Assembly (NCBI GenBank): GCA_012295275.1
Contig: CM022678.1
Span: forward strand, 12,214,001-12,278,000
Source: Chrysomallon squamiferum
Lineage: Eukaryota; Animalia; Mollusca
Direction: 5' to 3'
DNA: 64,000 bases
Below, in pieces: positions 1 through 33,011 of the stretch. The position numbers were made by a program, and so were the translations under genes. Under the pieces are notes generated by a model. It was not told the DNA's origin. It searched no databases and saw only the letters and a program-made list of their open reading frames with translations. Each line of letters opens with the position of its first letter. Position 1 is the stretch's first letter.

Positions 1-873
1 TGTAATTTACTCTAGGGCAACGCGAGGTATATATATATTTACTGGATGTGGAATAACTGATAGTAAGTTCACTTTCTGATAATAATACCTGACTGTGGGT
101 TAACACTTTTACTGTTCTGTAATCTATTAATATTTCTAATTTTAGATAATGTTTACCGGTTCTCAATAATGGGTCAGTGGGTGTATATTGGACAAAGGTT
201 ATATCAATCGATAAGCGTATTATTACGACAGTTTTAATATTTGTACGAATCGGTCAGCATATTTATTATACGTTATAACTGATGTGTAACCTTTTATTGA
301 TTATAAAATAACGTTATTACTGCACACACTCTCACACATACGTTATGTTATTTTATAAGTGTATAATTAATAAAACGATTCAGTGCAAATGACGTCTGAT
401 GATATTGTGTGAGGCTGCTGGCAAGTGCGTCTGTGAATGTTTGTATTTTTGCATAACTGTACATGTTTGAACATACGGATAGTTAGCATTTTAAAATAAA
501 ATTAACACTACATTAGTCTTGTTAGTTGAATCACGTTCAATAATACATTCTAGCTGTTTGTTTGTTTGTTTCTTTATTTATTTATTTACGAATTAACAGA
601 AAAATAAATAAATTGATAATAGCATTATCATTATTTTAATAAATTATCAAAATAACAAAAATAAATAAATAAATAAAAATACTGATTTTAAGTTAAATAC
701 TTGAATATATGTTTATGCTTATTGCTGTGGATATATTTGAATAGGTATTCCCCTCCCCCGCCTCTAATTAAACATGCTGAATTAACCATCTGATATTAAA
801 CTGATATTAAACTATTTAGTGTGTTACGATATTATTATATAAATATACAAGTATAGGTCCTCCAGTGTAACAA

Positions 874-1012
<139 letters not shown>

Positions 1013-1264
1013 ATTATAGTCTTTCTCGGAAGAAAACAATTTTTTCATTTAATCTGCATTTTAATATTCCATTTTAATATTTGTAGATTATATATTTATT
1101 TATTTAGTGTTATTATTATTATTATTTACTTCTTTTTTCTTTCTTTTTCTTTCTTTCTTTTTTTTTTTTTTTTTTTTTTTTTTTGACAGTGAAATCGGAT
1201 TAAATATATTTTTTCAACGCTTTCTCTTATACTGTTTTGAAAATTATATTTTCACAGACTGGAT

Positions 1265-2320
1265 ATGCCACCGGTCCCGAGAGTCTCAATTTCCATTGGC
1301 ATCAGCGACGACGTTCAGCCAAAGTCGCTGATAGGAAAATTACGACACCATTACTACAACAAAGGCAAACCCAAGACAGCACGTGCCAAGCACTTCGCGC
1401 GAATTTTGTTTGTATTTGAAGCCATTACGCAGCTGTACACGTCACTGGTCTATTTGATTCCGTACGGTTACCGTGACTACGATCCATGGACGCAGTATTA
1501 TCTTAAAGTGTTTGTTTTCTATTTGTTTCTCATGGCCGTGGCTAACTGGCTCTGTGTCATGCTCTATGACACGTCAGTGAGAAAGACAAAGGACAGAGCG
1601 TATCTGACTAGCGGAGAATTCTGGGAGAATCCGCCGGACCATTTCGTCCCACGACTTGAGGCACAGAACGGCTACGTCCCAACAAATTACGATTCTGACG
1701 AAAAAGGACGGTTGCCGTGGAAATACTGTGACGTGTGTCAACTGCACGCGCCTCCACGTGCTCACCACTGCGACTTCTGCAAAGTCTGCATTCTCAAACG
1801 TGATCATCATTGCTTTTTCATTGGCAACTGCATCGGATTCAGAAACCAGCGTTACTTCGTCGTTTTGTCGCTCTACATGATCATCATCGGCTACTATGGC
1901 GGTTACCTCACTGGCGTTTACCTATCCGGAAACTACTGGGCAAACGCCAGGTGGTGGGATTTCTTATTTCCAGTGACTCTGTGGAAATGGGTTGTGGGAT
2001 ACCTCGACTCGCTGTTTGTTCTCATGTTGTTTCAGTCGTACTGCCTGTGGTTTTTCGGCAGCGTTGCCATATTTTATTTCCTCAGTCAAATCACAATCGT
2101 AGCGCAAGGTCTGACGCTGTACGAGCTCGCTAAAAATATCCCCATCAAAAACAATTCCAGTATTTCACAGAACATGAGAAGTGTATTCGGAGATTTCTGG
2201 GCAATAAATTTTTTGTTTCCCGCGCAGATTCTTTTCAAACAGCGCGACGACGGCACACGGTGGGACTGTGTCAAACTACTGCAAAGCAACAGCAACAACA
2301 ACAACAACGCAAAACAATAA
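1265..2320 (+). CDS. DHHC-type palmitoyltransferase (ZDHHC22/ZDHHC24-like), single coding exon, 351 aa
   Basis: Uninterrupted ORF with DHHC cysteine-rich domain CDVCQLHAPPRAHHCDFCKVCILKRDHHCFFIGNCIGFRNQRYF, two hydrophobic segments before and two after, a GLTLYE (TTxE-like) motif and a C-terminal NMRSVFG...FLFP (PaCCT-like) motif. A candidate acceptor tttcacag ends at 1257, suggesting a 5'UTR intron. Confidence 0.93.
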   Translation: MPPVPRVSISIGISDDVQPKSLIGKLRHHYYNKGKPKTARAKHFARILFVFEAITQLYTSLVYLIPYGYRDYDPWTQYYLKVFVFYLFLMAVANWLCVMLYDTSVRKTKDRAYLTSGEFWENPPDHFVPRLEAQNGYVPTNYDSDEKGRLPWKYCDVCQLHAPPRAHHCDFCKVCILKRDHHCFFIGNCIGFRNQRYFVVLSLYMIIIGYYGGYLTGVYLSGNYWANARWWDFLFPVTLWKWVVGYLDSLFVLMLFQSYCLWFFGSVAIFYFLSQITIVAQGLTLYELAKNIPIKNNSSISQNMRSVFGDFWAINFLFPAQILFKQRDDGTRWDCVKLLQSNSNNNNNAKQ

Positions 2321-2431
2321 GTTATTTCTGATTTATTTTGATATACCTCTTTCGTATATTTTTGCGGGTAAATGTAGAACAAACAGTGTATTTATTATTA
2401 CTGCTGATGTAGTAATTATTATTACTGTTTT

Positions 2432-2549
<118 letters not shown>

Positions 2550-3628
2550 GTATTTTTAGTCAATTTATTTTATTTCTTTCACTGCCTCTCCCAGACAATT
2601 CATACTTCGTTTTTAATATATTTTACTCAAACTGTGATTAGAATAAATTTTATTTTATTTTATTTTTCTGTTTTTATTTAAGCAGGTTGAAACGGGCTTC
2701 GAATCACAAATCTGCCTTTACGCTGCGGTACTTTAAAACACGAATTCGTTCTTTTCTGATGAACACATAACACATCTTAGGCGTTTTTCATCAAATTTTG
2801 TTCCGTGAAGCTTTATCATTCCGAATATAGAACTCATTATAAAACAAATCTTTATCATATTTCTTAAGATCAAAGTAATTATTTTTGTATTTCTGCTAGT
2901 TCAAGGGAGATAAGTCTGCTTTGAGTATGCATGGAGTAATTCTAAAATCAAGAATATAAAATAAATAAATAAATAAAAGACAACAAAATAAATAAAAGAC
3001 AATAAAAAAGAAAGAGGCAACAAACACCAATAAACAACAACAACAACAACAACAAAATAAATAAATAAAATAAAAACCTGGAGAAGATGAAAACCATGAA
3101 AAAATGATTTTGCTATCAGTTCACTTGTGGTTTTCCTTTCATGTCGTAAAAAAAAAATAATAATAATAAAAAAAATAAACAATAATAATAATAATAATAA
3201 ATAAATAAAAATAGTTAATACGATTAATATATATATATATATATATATAAATTTATTTTTATTTGATGCTCCGCTTTTCATCTGTTTAGTACAGTTGGTT
3301 TTCACTAGTCCAGCAGCTTCGTTTGTTCTGAACTGAGATTTGCATCTGTCGTCATTAGTTCGTACAGACAGCACGTGACCAGCCATGTCACCAGCGTTCA
3401 CTGTTGTTTACCGTACGCCATGTCTTGTTTATGGTGGTTGATGATAAAGACATTAATTTATTTTTATTTTTTTATTTTTACTAGTATTTTACCCATAAAT
3501 ATCGCTCCTAAGCGACGAGCAATACAGGCGAAACGTAAACATATCACATTAATCAGTGCTGAAAATTAGACTGGTACTTTATCATAGAGAAGTCTAGTAA
3601 ATTTGAACTAGGGTTTATGCCTGTGCAG

Positions 3629-3658
3629 ACTGAATCGATAACAGTAATGTAATATAAT

Positions 3659-3726
<68 letters not shown>

Positions 3727-3751
3727 ATTATATTACTGTTATCGATTCAGT
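3629..3751. repeat. Palindrome with ~31-bp arms around an (AT)n core
   Basis: actgaatcgataacagtaatgtaatataata ... tattgtattatattactgttatcgattcagt; two mismatches between the arms. Confidence 0.9.
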
Positions 3752-4566
3752 ATATATATATATGTGCATTATTTTCTCTCTCTAGAATTTTTTCTTCTTC
3801 CTCAACCTGCTTTTCATGGCACCTGTCTGTTCCCACGCTTGTCGGACTAACGAGGTCATATCTATATATTGTTTTCTTAATTTTCATCAGTAAACGCCTC
3901 AAATGTTTTTCATTTCTTGTCAGTAATATACCTTATTTACGCGGACGTTATGGGTATTTTATCAGTTAAATTCATTATTGTTAAAAATTTACCACTGTTA
4001 TAAAGATCATGGAGATTTTCTTTTAGCTGGCGCAATATACAGATAAAAACACACGTACAGACACATGGACTGTCCATCAACACTCATGCCAAACAAAAAC
4101 AAACAAAAAACACAACAAAAAAAAGACACGTCAGGTTTTTTTGTTGTTTTTTCAAAATAGTATTTAATATCTTTCGTCATCTGTATCAAAAAATACCTGC
4201 TCTCCAACCAGTTTTTAATCAGAGGTTTCTCCTTCCTCCTGGCATAACAAATACAGCAAAATACTATCATTTATGCAAATTACTGACCTCACAATACATA
4301 AATGTTAATAAGTACTGATATCATATCACACAAATCGGCAATCCTTCTGTTTATACAAGTATTACATTTTATATGACGTAATCATTAAGAAAACTGGCAT
4401 TCCTTTACACAGACAGCAAACACTGAAATCCAGCGTTGTTCATAATTTCGCATTCCTTCTTGAAACAATGTAAAATTTTGCAGTCTGACGTGACGCAAAT
4501 ATATGACACAAGCAAATAGATGTGAGTATCCTTCTTTTTTTTTTCTTTTTTTTTTTTGTCGTAGAA

Positions 4567-22926
<18,360 letters not shown>

Positions 22927-24213
22927 AACATGACAGCTGACTGTGGCTGTTCCACCTGCAACAAGAAGAACATCGATTACCAGCGGAAAGCAGACGACGC
23001 AGAGGAAACAGCAGAAGTCGAATGAACGCGAGCAGACGACACGATCGTTAGTTTCCGCCAACCCGGAGACAGCGACCGTACGCATGCGTGCTGTTGAATT
23101 TTCGTGTTCTAAGCTAAATTAAATAACATTGAAACACATTAAATTTAAATAGAGATAAATAACTTTTTTTTAAATGATGTTTTAAACTAACGAGGTGCTT
23201 TATTTATGAACGAGGTCTTCTAACTCTTTTTTTTTTTTTCTCTAGCCTACCCTTTAAAGAAAATATTCAACTATAGAAATAAATATATAAATAAATTCAG
23301 AAATAATAAAACTGAAAAATGGATACTGGAATAAACTATTTTAATGGCTTCTGAACATTACAAATAATACCTGATTTTAATATAAAGTATTGTTATATTA
23401 AGGTCGATGGATAAACAAATAAAAATAAAATAAAAATAAAAATAAATAATAATACTAATAATAATACAGATTAATTATACATATGATGTAAACGCTATCG
23501 GCTGGGAATATTAATTATGTTAATCTACATACAAAACTGTATTAATCTAAATGCCATTAAAACCCGAACCATTATGATAAATTTAATACAACTATTGCTT
23601 TTTTCCGGTATCTTTGGTTCCTAAGCCATTCCGGATTTTACAGTTTTCCGGGTCAAAAAGATGTTCTTGTCAGTTTCCGTATCTTAAACTAATTTATGGT
23701 TTCGTACGTCGCAAAGCTTGGTCGCGCCTCTAACAGACATTTTTTTTCTTTCTTTCTTTTTTTTCTTTCTGGTCGTGTAGAAAAGCACTGACAACTTAAT
23801 ATCAGTCCCTGTGGTGACTGCCGATCTGCTAATCAGAGTTACATACATCTGTGTGTCCTGCAACACAGATAACTTGACATCAGATACAAATATCACACAA
23901 CTCAGCGTCTGTCTCAGAACTGACCTGCGTGATTATCCTCTCCAGCGCAAAGATTAAAACTCTCCTTGCCTTTGTTCTCTCTCTCCATGTGCGTTGTCAT
24001 GGTGACAGTTAACAAATGGAGATTTTTTTTTTTATATAAATGGCAAATCTCAGTTTTAGGTCAGCTCGGATTGAACCAAGCGGTAGGGAGCGCCAGGCTC
24101 GCTGGTGGGAAGTGATAAATGTGAACTGTAACAAATTAACAGGCGGAAATGGCGCTGTCGAAACGAGAACTGTCAATTTATGTTTTCTTCTACGTTTGTC
24201 TGTAGAACGTATT

Positions 24214-24263
<50 letters not shown>

Positions 24264-27150
24264 GATAAAAATAAAATAATGATTATAGGAAAATACAGAC
24301 GCTGATACTAACTAAATAAGTAAATAAAATAAAATAAAATAAAATAAAACAAAACAAAATAAAATAAAATAAAATATAATAAATTAATTAATTAATCCAA
24401 TAATAAATACACTAATAAATAAATAATAAATAAATAAAATAATAAATAAATAAATAAATATTTTATCTTGAAGACATGAGGCCATTTACAAATAAACAAT
24501 TAGATGAGAGAAAAATACGTTCATCTTCGTTTTGCGTTTAGGAAACTAGGCAACCGATTTCCGGTTTATGTCAAGATTCATTAAAAAGACAGAAAAATCT
24601 GCCATTTGTAATTCAGATATTACGTTTTCTGCTCGTGTATTTCGGCGCGAAAATTAATCAGGTTGTGTCGTTATTTGCTGGCTCTGACAAATAAATGTTT
24701 GTACAGTAAATTAATCTAGTTTAAAAAAAATAAATAAATGTGTTTTTGTGTGTGTACGTTTGTTTGCAAGTAAATAAATTTCATAATTCTCGCTTATTTT
24801 TTTATTTTTTTATTTTTTTTATCTTAGGAAAAGGCATTGTCAAGTTACTTAGTTGATATTTACAAACTTTGCTGTTAATAAAGAATGGATGTAATTTGTA
24901 TGAAAAACTGATATTTAGTTTATAGAACGTGTCGTACAGATGAATCCAAAGACGATTTTGCGTTTGGACGAACCAACCTCAAGGTGTACGCTATCGCCCT
25001 ATCTTCCAAGATGATCGTAAATACCAAATTAATGAAGAGAAAATTATTTAACAGAAACGCACAAAGCAAAATGAATATATATATACGAAAAAAACAAAAC
25101 CAAGACATAAATAAATTTAAAAAAAAACCCCAAAACAAGAAGATTATAATGATAATTATAGTATCTTTCATAAGACATTTGCTTTATGATAATAAAACAT
25201 TATTATGGCATGATCAAAAAAAAAAAAAAATATAAAAAAAAAAAAAATAAAATCAAAATAATAATAATAAAAAATTTAAAATTGCGCGTCGCGATGTTAT
25301 ATTTTAAATATGTGCGTGTATGTGTGTTTATAATTACTAATGTGTAATGTGTACTGTAAACATGACAGTTCGTGATTTTTTTCGTAAAGAAATATCGAGT
25401 GAACTGCAAGAGAAACAAATATTATTGGTAGAATGTAATGAGTTAATTAATTAATAAATAATGAATAAATAGAGCCAGTGAAAAGAATTTTTAGAAAATT
25501 TCGGAAATGTTAAATAAAATACATTGGGACTGTTATTCTCTTTTCGTCCGACAACTGTACGTCTGTCTGTACTATAGTCTGTCTGTGTCACGCTGTCTGT
25601 CGCTACATCCGTCAGTCCAACATCGATCCATTCACAGTTGTACCATTCCATCCAATCTCGTTTTTGTTTCTTTTCAAAAACATCGGTTACTTGTTGCAAC
25701 ATTCGCAGAAATAATATATTTTATTTTTTTAATCCGTGTCATTGCAAGACTTAGCAGTTAGACGTTGGTTTCTAGAAAACAGGATATTTTGATTACACGT
25801 ATTAATCCGGATGTCGTCTAATTGGGAAAAGAGCAGCTGCTCGCGCCAAAGAATGAACGCGCCAGAAAGAAGAGAGAAAAAGAGAAATATTCATAGGAAA
25901 TCTGCCACTGAGATCGATAGGGTTTATTTAATGACGGCAAATTTGCAGATGCAGACATTTTTACCGAACATTTTTAATATATTGTTGTTGTTTTTTTTTC
26001 TCCGTTTATTTTCAGGACGTTTTTGTTGAGGAAAGAAACACGACATATATTTTTAAACAATTGTTTTTATTTATCTAATTTTTCTAATAATAAAGAGCAA
26101 CAATACATTTCTTTGTAAATCCGTACAAATAAGTACACTTATATGTATGAAATAGAGATAGAAAGAAGGAGACAGTAATTGAGAAATTTCGATAAAAAAA
26201 CAAATCCTAGAACTTTACCGTTACATCTATTTTTTAATACTACTACTACTACAACTACCAGTACTACCACTACTAATACTATTAATAACAACAACAACAA
26301 TAATAATAGTAACAAACAACAACAGAACAACAACAACAACAACAATAATAATATTTATAATAAAGACAACCAGTATCTACAGGACGACGACATAACACGT
26401 AATCAACTAATAGGTGTATAATATTTTCTACACGACTAACATTAATATTCATCAGCCTCTGATCAGCTCATTTACAGTTAAATCTAAGTAATAAATCACG
26501 AAGTTGTTAATAATAACAATAACAGCAAAATAATCCATAACCTACATTTTAATGTCTTTTTACTTACCTGTGTGCAAAAATAAACAAAACACAACCCTGA
26601 ACAAATCCACGTTTTCCTCGTTTGAGAATCAGGTATATATATCTGTCACTGACTCACAGGTAAAAAAACACACCTGTGTATTGCTAACAGCATTATCAGA
26701 CAGGTGACAGTTTTCTGAACGCACAAAGAAAAGAGCGTCTGATATTCTTCGATTTTTTTGGCTTTTCATTTTGTAACACTATTTGTTGAAGCTGACCTGT
26801 ATTCTGAATTAGTTCGTGACGCACAGCCATTTAATTGTTATCTGTCTTATCTTTTTTTCTTTTTAAAAAAAAAAAATCATTTATTTATTTTTGAGGTTGA
26901 CAAAACTGTTTATATATTCACGGTTATTTTGATATATTTGGTTAATAGGTTTATTTTTGACTGTCGTTTTTCCTCGGTTGTCTTCTCTCTGTCCCTCCGT
27001 CTCAGTTGTCATCCGTCCGTCCGTCTCTCCCTCTCCAGTCTTCTTCTGTGTATATGCTATATATGTATGTATGTGTGTGTATATATATATATATAAGTAA
27101 AGCACATATATTCACACACACACATATATATATAAAATATGTACATAATA

Positions 27151-27225
<75 letters not shown>

Positions 27226-28126
27226 AGTGTATGTGTAATATATTATGTACATATTTGTATACGTATGTGTGTGGTGTGAATATATTGGCATACTGGTATG
27301 TATTTACTTATATTATTTTACATCTGAATTAAATAATGGAAAAATATTGGAAAAATCGGAATTTTGATACAAAGAAAAACCTGGTCGATTAGAAAACTCA
27401 TCTGTAAATATCATGTATAAAAATCGGCGACACTATGTAAATTCGAAATGAGACACAGAATTTCTAGTTAATCTCAGTTACTTCAAAATATCAATAAAAA
27501 AGATATACATATCACGTAAGCCAAAAAAAGGTCTGACTTGTGTTAATACCAAACCATATTCAGTTGTCACGTACAAAAATAAAATAAAAAAAATAGATAA
27601 ATAAAAATAAAAATAAAAAAAAAAAAAAAAAAATAACAAATACGAAAAAAGAAAGAAAAAAGTTGTTTGTGCGTCTTTGAGAAAACCCCTGAGGCCACTT
27701 AATTAGTCGTGGCGGAGTGCGGGTGAAGATGTTTTGAAGACGACTATTTCCCTAACCCCAGAGGAAAATATTTAATTAACATATAAATCTTAGGACTAGT
27801 TTTCTCCTACGTGGGCCATTTTTCTCATCTTCACCGCGTTTGTAATGCCATTCCAAGGTGAAGAGGTTTTAACACTAATTTACAGTCGCCATATTGTGAT
27901 ATATTCTAATTAATGGCGATACTTAGATTAATATACTGCGCAAAAAAAAAAAAAAACGAATATGATGGAACATGTATAACTGATGTTTTATATATTGTGA
28001 TAGCCATCCTCGGAAATAAATTTTTTGAATACAGCTGCCAGAAAACAAAAAATAATAAAAATACTAATAAAAATTAAAAAAAAAAAAAAAAAGAAAAGAA
28101 AATAAATAAAAAGAAATAAAGAAACA

Positions 28127-28162
<36 letters not shown>

Positions 28163-28734
28163 AAAAAAGAAATAAAGAAAAGTTATTTAAACCGAAATGA
28201 TTATAGTAAGCGTCACGAGACTGGACGAAATTATAAGAAGTCGAACATGCTGAAAAAATCTAGGAACATTTTAATTGTTTTGTAGTAATTAAGAAAAACT
28301 ACACTGTACTCACATTCATTTATTGTTGTTATATGACGTCATACATTTAGGATTAAAAAGAAAAGAAAGAAGAAAGAAAGAAATGACAAAAAAAAATACG
28401 GAAACCACTGAAAGACAGAAATAAAGCAAACAGACATAATTTTTGTGTTATGTCTACTCTATTTGGGTGAATGCACGCGCATCATGTGTCGTCCGATTAG
28501 TGTGGGTGCAATTTATGAGTCTGTATTTATATGCACGCGCACGTGTTTATATGCACCTATTTAAATTAATATAGTTCCATGATGTAACTATTACTATCTA
28601 CGATTGTTTTTTAACGTCTTCGACGATACATGTTTATTTCACATCGTTTTCTCATCAAGGTATATAACTGTTAGTAGCGCTGCCTTTCTTTATGTCAAAA
28701 CTGAAAAACAAACTGATTTTTATTATATACCTTT

Positions 28735-28991
28735 GGGCGGATCTAGAGGGGAGGGTCCAACGGTCAAATGTTATTTAGGAATTTCAGGTTTTTTTACAAA
28801 TTTATTTAGGTTTGTTTTCAAGATTTCTGTCGATGTATAGAACACTGAAGACTACGTCTGTCAGCATCCCTCTTGTAGCATTACGGTCCATTTGAACCGT
28901 GTGTAATTTTTCAAAAGCGTTTTTTCATAACGTTATGGTGCCCTTTTAGTCATGGACGTCCACCCCCCATCAAAAAAGGTAGCTCCGCCCC
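28735..28991. mobile_element. Putative MITE with GGGCGGATCTAG-type termini (PIF/Harbinger-like)
   Basis: Terminal inverted match gggcggatcta ... tagctccgccc and a subterminal gaggggagggtcca / ggacgtccaccccc resemblance. No clear TSD seen. Confidence 0.4.
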
Positions 28992-30629
28992 AGGACTGTG
29001 CTGTTATACATTACATTACATTTTCTTTAGTTTAATTGCGTGCTAACGGAAGAAGACCAGCCCTAATGCACTGTCACGAACGAAGTCATTAGAAAGGAAT
29101 TACTTGCCTATCGGATCTGTTCCGTCATACAACTTACAGATAAATGTGAGAAATAACTACCAAAATCAGTTTTATTCATTCTTGACGTAAGTGAATAATC
29201 TAGAAATAATTACAACAATAACGATAACAATAATAACTATAATGACAATGAAAATAATAATAAGGAGAAGAAGCAGCAGGAGGAGGAGGAGGAGGGAGGA
29301 GCAGGAGTAGGAGGACAGGACTAGGGAAAGAAGAAAACAAGGAGGTTTAACAATCCAGTTTTAATGACATAATTAGCGTGTCGATGTATGCAGAAGTCCC
29401 GCTTCAGAAATTAAACGTTCAAATGAAGTCAACCTGAAAAATATAAAAAATATTTTAAATGAAATTTCATTTACTGCAAGTATGATGCCACATTAGTACT
29501 ACTGATATAACTGATATACCTGTTACTTCTGTAGCATCGTTACTACTACAACACCTTCTGTCTACACACACGTCCTCCATTTGCTTGGGACAATAGGACA
29601 TATTACAATACTAAACACCATTATTTCTACCACTTTTTTAAAAAATTTTTTTTTTTTTTTCCTTTCGTTCTTTGTTGTTTTAAGCTGAACGGGAAACAAA
29701 ATCGACAATAATGAGGACTTGTTTAATCAAATGTACGACTGTTACAACCTTATTAAAGGCTATTTTCATCGATCTAGCATCGAGATGAATTTTGTCAATC
29801 GATATAAAAATATACATTACCACCGTGTTGATGATTATGTTAAGTTGATAATTAGGTACAATTATATGTTAAAGGGCTTTTTTTTTTAATGAACAAATCA
29901 ATTAAATTATCAAATCCCAAGTTTGAGAATAACTTGATATTCTTTCATACTGATCGATCTGTACTAAACACTTTTAACGGATGACCTTGACAATTTTTTA
30001 CTTGTTTTCTTAGTTTTTTTATTATTAGACCTAGAGATTGCTCAATATATATATATTTTTAGATGTTTAGATATATATATATATATACATATATGTATGT
30101 ATGTGATCTGTATCTATACATCCAAACATGTACACATCTATCTATAAATGTCTTTACAAGTGCATCAAACATCAATAAACGTATATTAAACGCAAACAAC
30201 TTAAAAGCCTAGCATTTAAAATACGTGATTACATAATAAATATATGTAATAAATATATGTAATACATTATACGAATATGTACAATTGTCTGGGTAATTAC
30301 AATCATATACACACAATGTCATGTTCACATTACCACTGACGGGAAAATTCTATGTTATTTTATACAATTAGTTTTAGAATATGCATGTTAATCCTTAAAG
30401 GATTCGCGAAAATGATCAATCCTGCAGGGTTTTTTCTTCCTACATATGAATGATCTAACCACCCGACTACAAAAGTTCTTTCACATCCGAACGGTGAATG
30501 CTTTATCCTAATGAAAGACAAAACAAATTACAAAAAAAAGAATACGCCTTGTTACCGTGGTAACTTTCTAAATGAAAACTGTAAAGAAAAATAGTGAGTG
30601 CGCCTCGTCACTGATCCGTGTGTTTAATA

Positions 30630-30815
30630 CTAACCAAGAATGGAAAAGTTAGGTGGAAGACCATGAATGTCTTCCTTGTCGAAGTTGAACGCGGGCCGCT
30701 CTCCGTTGTTGTATTTCATAGCCAGCACTTTCAGCACCTCCTCCAGTTCTGGCATCTGTAATGTTAATTTATTTTTTTATTTCTACTAGTTTACTTAAAA
30801 AAAAAAAAAAAAAAA

Positions 30816-30867
<52 letters not shown>

Positions 30868-32625
30868 GAATAGTGTTGTATTCAAAATCGTAATCGGAGT
30901 TTTATTTCAAACGTCCATTTACTAAAAACAGAATACTTAACTGAGGAGTAATGGGGAAAATCGTTTAACTGTAATCAAAGATTGCGAAATTAAACTGAAA
31001 AGTAAACTGTTTACTAGAAATGTTAGATGGGTGTAAACGATCTTTACGGTTACAGACTGTATTAAATTTACGTGCATGTAAAAATTCAATCCGAGTGGTT
31101 TTAAAAGCTAAAAGTTCAGAACAATAATTTTTCTAAACAAGATAATAACGAAATTGCTTTCGTTTCCTTTGAAAATTTACCTAAGCCTTGTTTTATCGTT
31201 TGGAAGTTTATTCAAAATCGATTAAACAGTTAAATCTAAGTTTATTTAATTTACCTATATACACATTAAAAAATGTACTTAGTTTTAATGTTAATTTGGT
31301 TTGAAGCATGATTCTCTGTTTAAAGAGTCGTGACATATCGAATTATTCATACATACACCTTCCTGTACTTAAAAAGCATATACAGTGCTCATTAATAGGT
31401 GGCGCTGGCTGAAATTACAGTATCCAATGGCAAACAAGGACCCCACCACACTCCGATAACAGAAAAATAAAATTAAATAAATAAATAAAAATAATTTAAA
31501 AATAATTAAAAAAGGAAGATATTGAATATTCAAAGAAATAAAATGGGTTACATTAAATAAATAAACCCTCGAAAGTGTTCAACACTCGCCTCTTCGTCTA
31601 GACCAGACTGCTGCCATTTCAGCCAAATGAGCGCGCGTTGATCTTTCGGAAAGGACGAAAGGTATTTGCTGATTGGCTCAGCCTGCTTCCCGCTAAAAAT
31701 CTTGTTCAGGCGACTGTTTACGGGGCCAACATCAGCGAAAAGCGGAACCCACAGCTTGTCCTTATTCACCCAGCGGAATATGACGAAATACCCGTGTAAG
31801 TTGGAACGAGGCCGTGCACAATATGGCTGCCATTCGGATTCCAGAAGAGTATCGACAAACGTTTCAACTTCCTGAAAAATTAATAAATAAATAAAAAGGA
31901 AATAAGTAAATAAATAAATAAATAAAATAAATAAAGTAAAATAAATAAAGTAAAATAAATTAAATGAAATAAATAAATAATAATCTTAATACATAATCGA
32001 AATAAATGCTTAAACAGCACGTTTTATGCCTCATAGTAATCTTTTTTTTTTTTGTTATTGAGGCACAAAATTCTGTAATAAAGTAAGGTCTAGCATTTTA
32101 GTTTTCATTATCTTGTGTGACGTTGCGACATTTATTCAGTTATATTAAAAAACAAAATAACCCCAAAAAGTATATATAAATAATTAAATCAAAGAAAATT
32201 GATTTGACATTTGATAATGGACTTACTCACCGTTCAAATAAGTAAACAGGAGTCGGTAAATTAAATTTACCAACCAAACCGTTACTAACGCTAAATTACT
32301 ATGATTTAATCCGTTTCTATTCTCTCCATCAAATATTCCTTTGTATTCTGATGAATTAATTTGTCACACGTACATTTGCAAAGATTGGAATTAATGAAGT
32401 TTTACAATAGCACATTTACAAACAGCAGACAACACATTTAAAATATATTCTCCAATTAAAAAAATGAACTCGTCTTTAGTCAACTCACTGATAACTGGAT
32501 ATTTTAAATATTTGTTTATATGTGTGTGTATGTATGTTTTTTTTTTTTGTTCCAACACACAGATATATACACGCATATATGTATGTATATCTAGATATAT
32601 ATTTAAATATACAGCTACATATATC

Positions 32626-32682
<57 letters not shown>

Positions 32683-32956
32683 TATATATATATATATATG
32701 TATAGATGTGTGTGACTATATGTATTCTACGAAGAAACGTCTTACCTTTTTATAGCTTGCTTCATTTTTTATCAGTAATGGTGGCTTTGGTTTTACAGGG
32801 CCTGCGTTAGCTGGTCTGAAAATGATGTTAATACATTAGCTCCACATTGTTTTATTTTGTAATAATAACTAATAAAACAATAATCTGCTGTACATGTTTC
32901 ATGAATTCCCTACAAGAAACCGTGTTAATCGAAGATGATAAATTCGTGTGCAACAA

Positions 32957-33011
<55 letters not shown>

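Noticed and set aside
22956-23085. N-terminal extension of the calpain from the ATG at 23085
   Set aside because: A good polypyrimidine+CAG acceptor at 22956-22958 suggests this stretch is intronic. The ATG at 22926 is preferred, although the extension cannot be excluded without RNA data.
26561-26600. Possible 5'UTR exon of the calpain-like gene (CAG|GTAAGT on minus strand)
   Set aside because: A strong donor alone is insufficient and there is no coding-phase constraint to test it.
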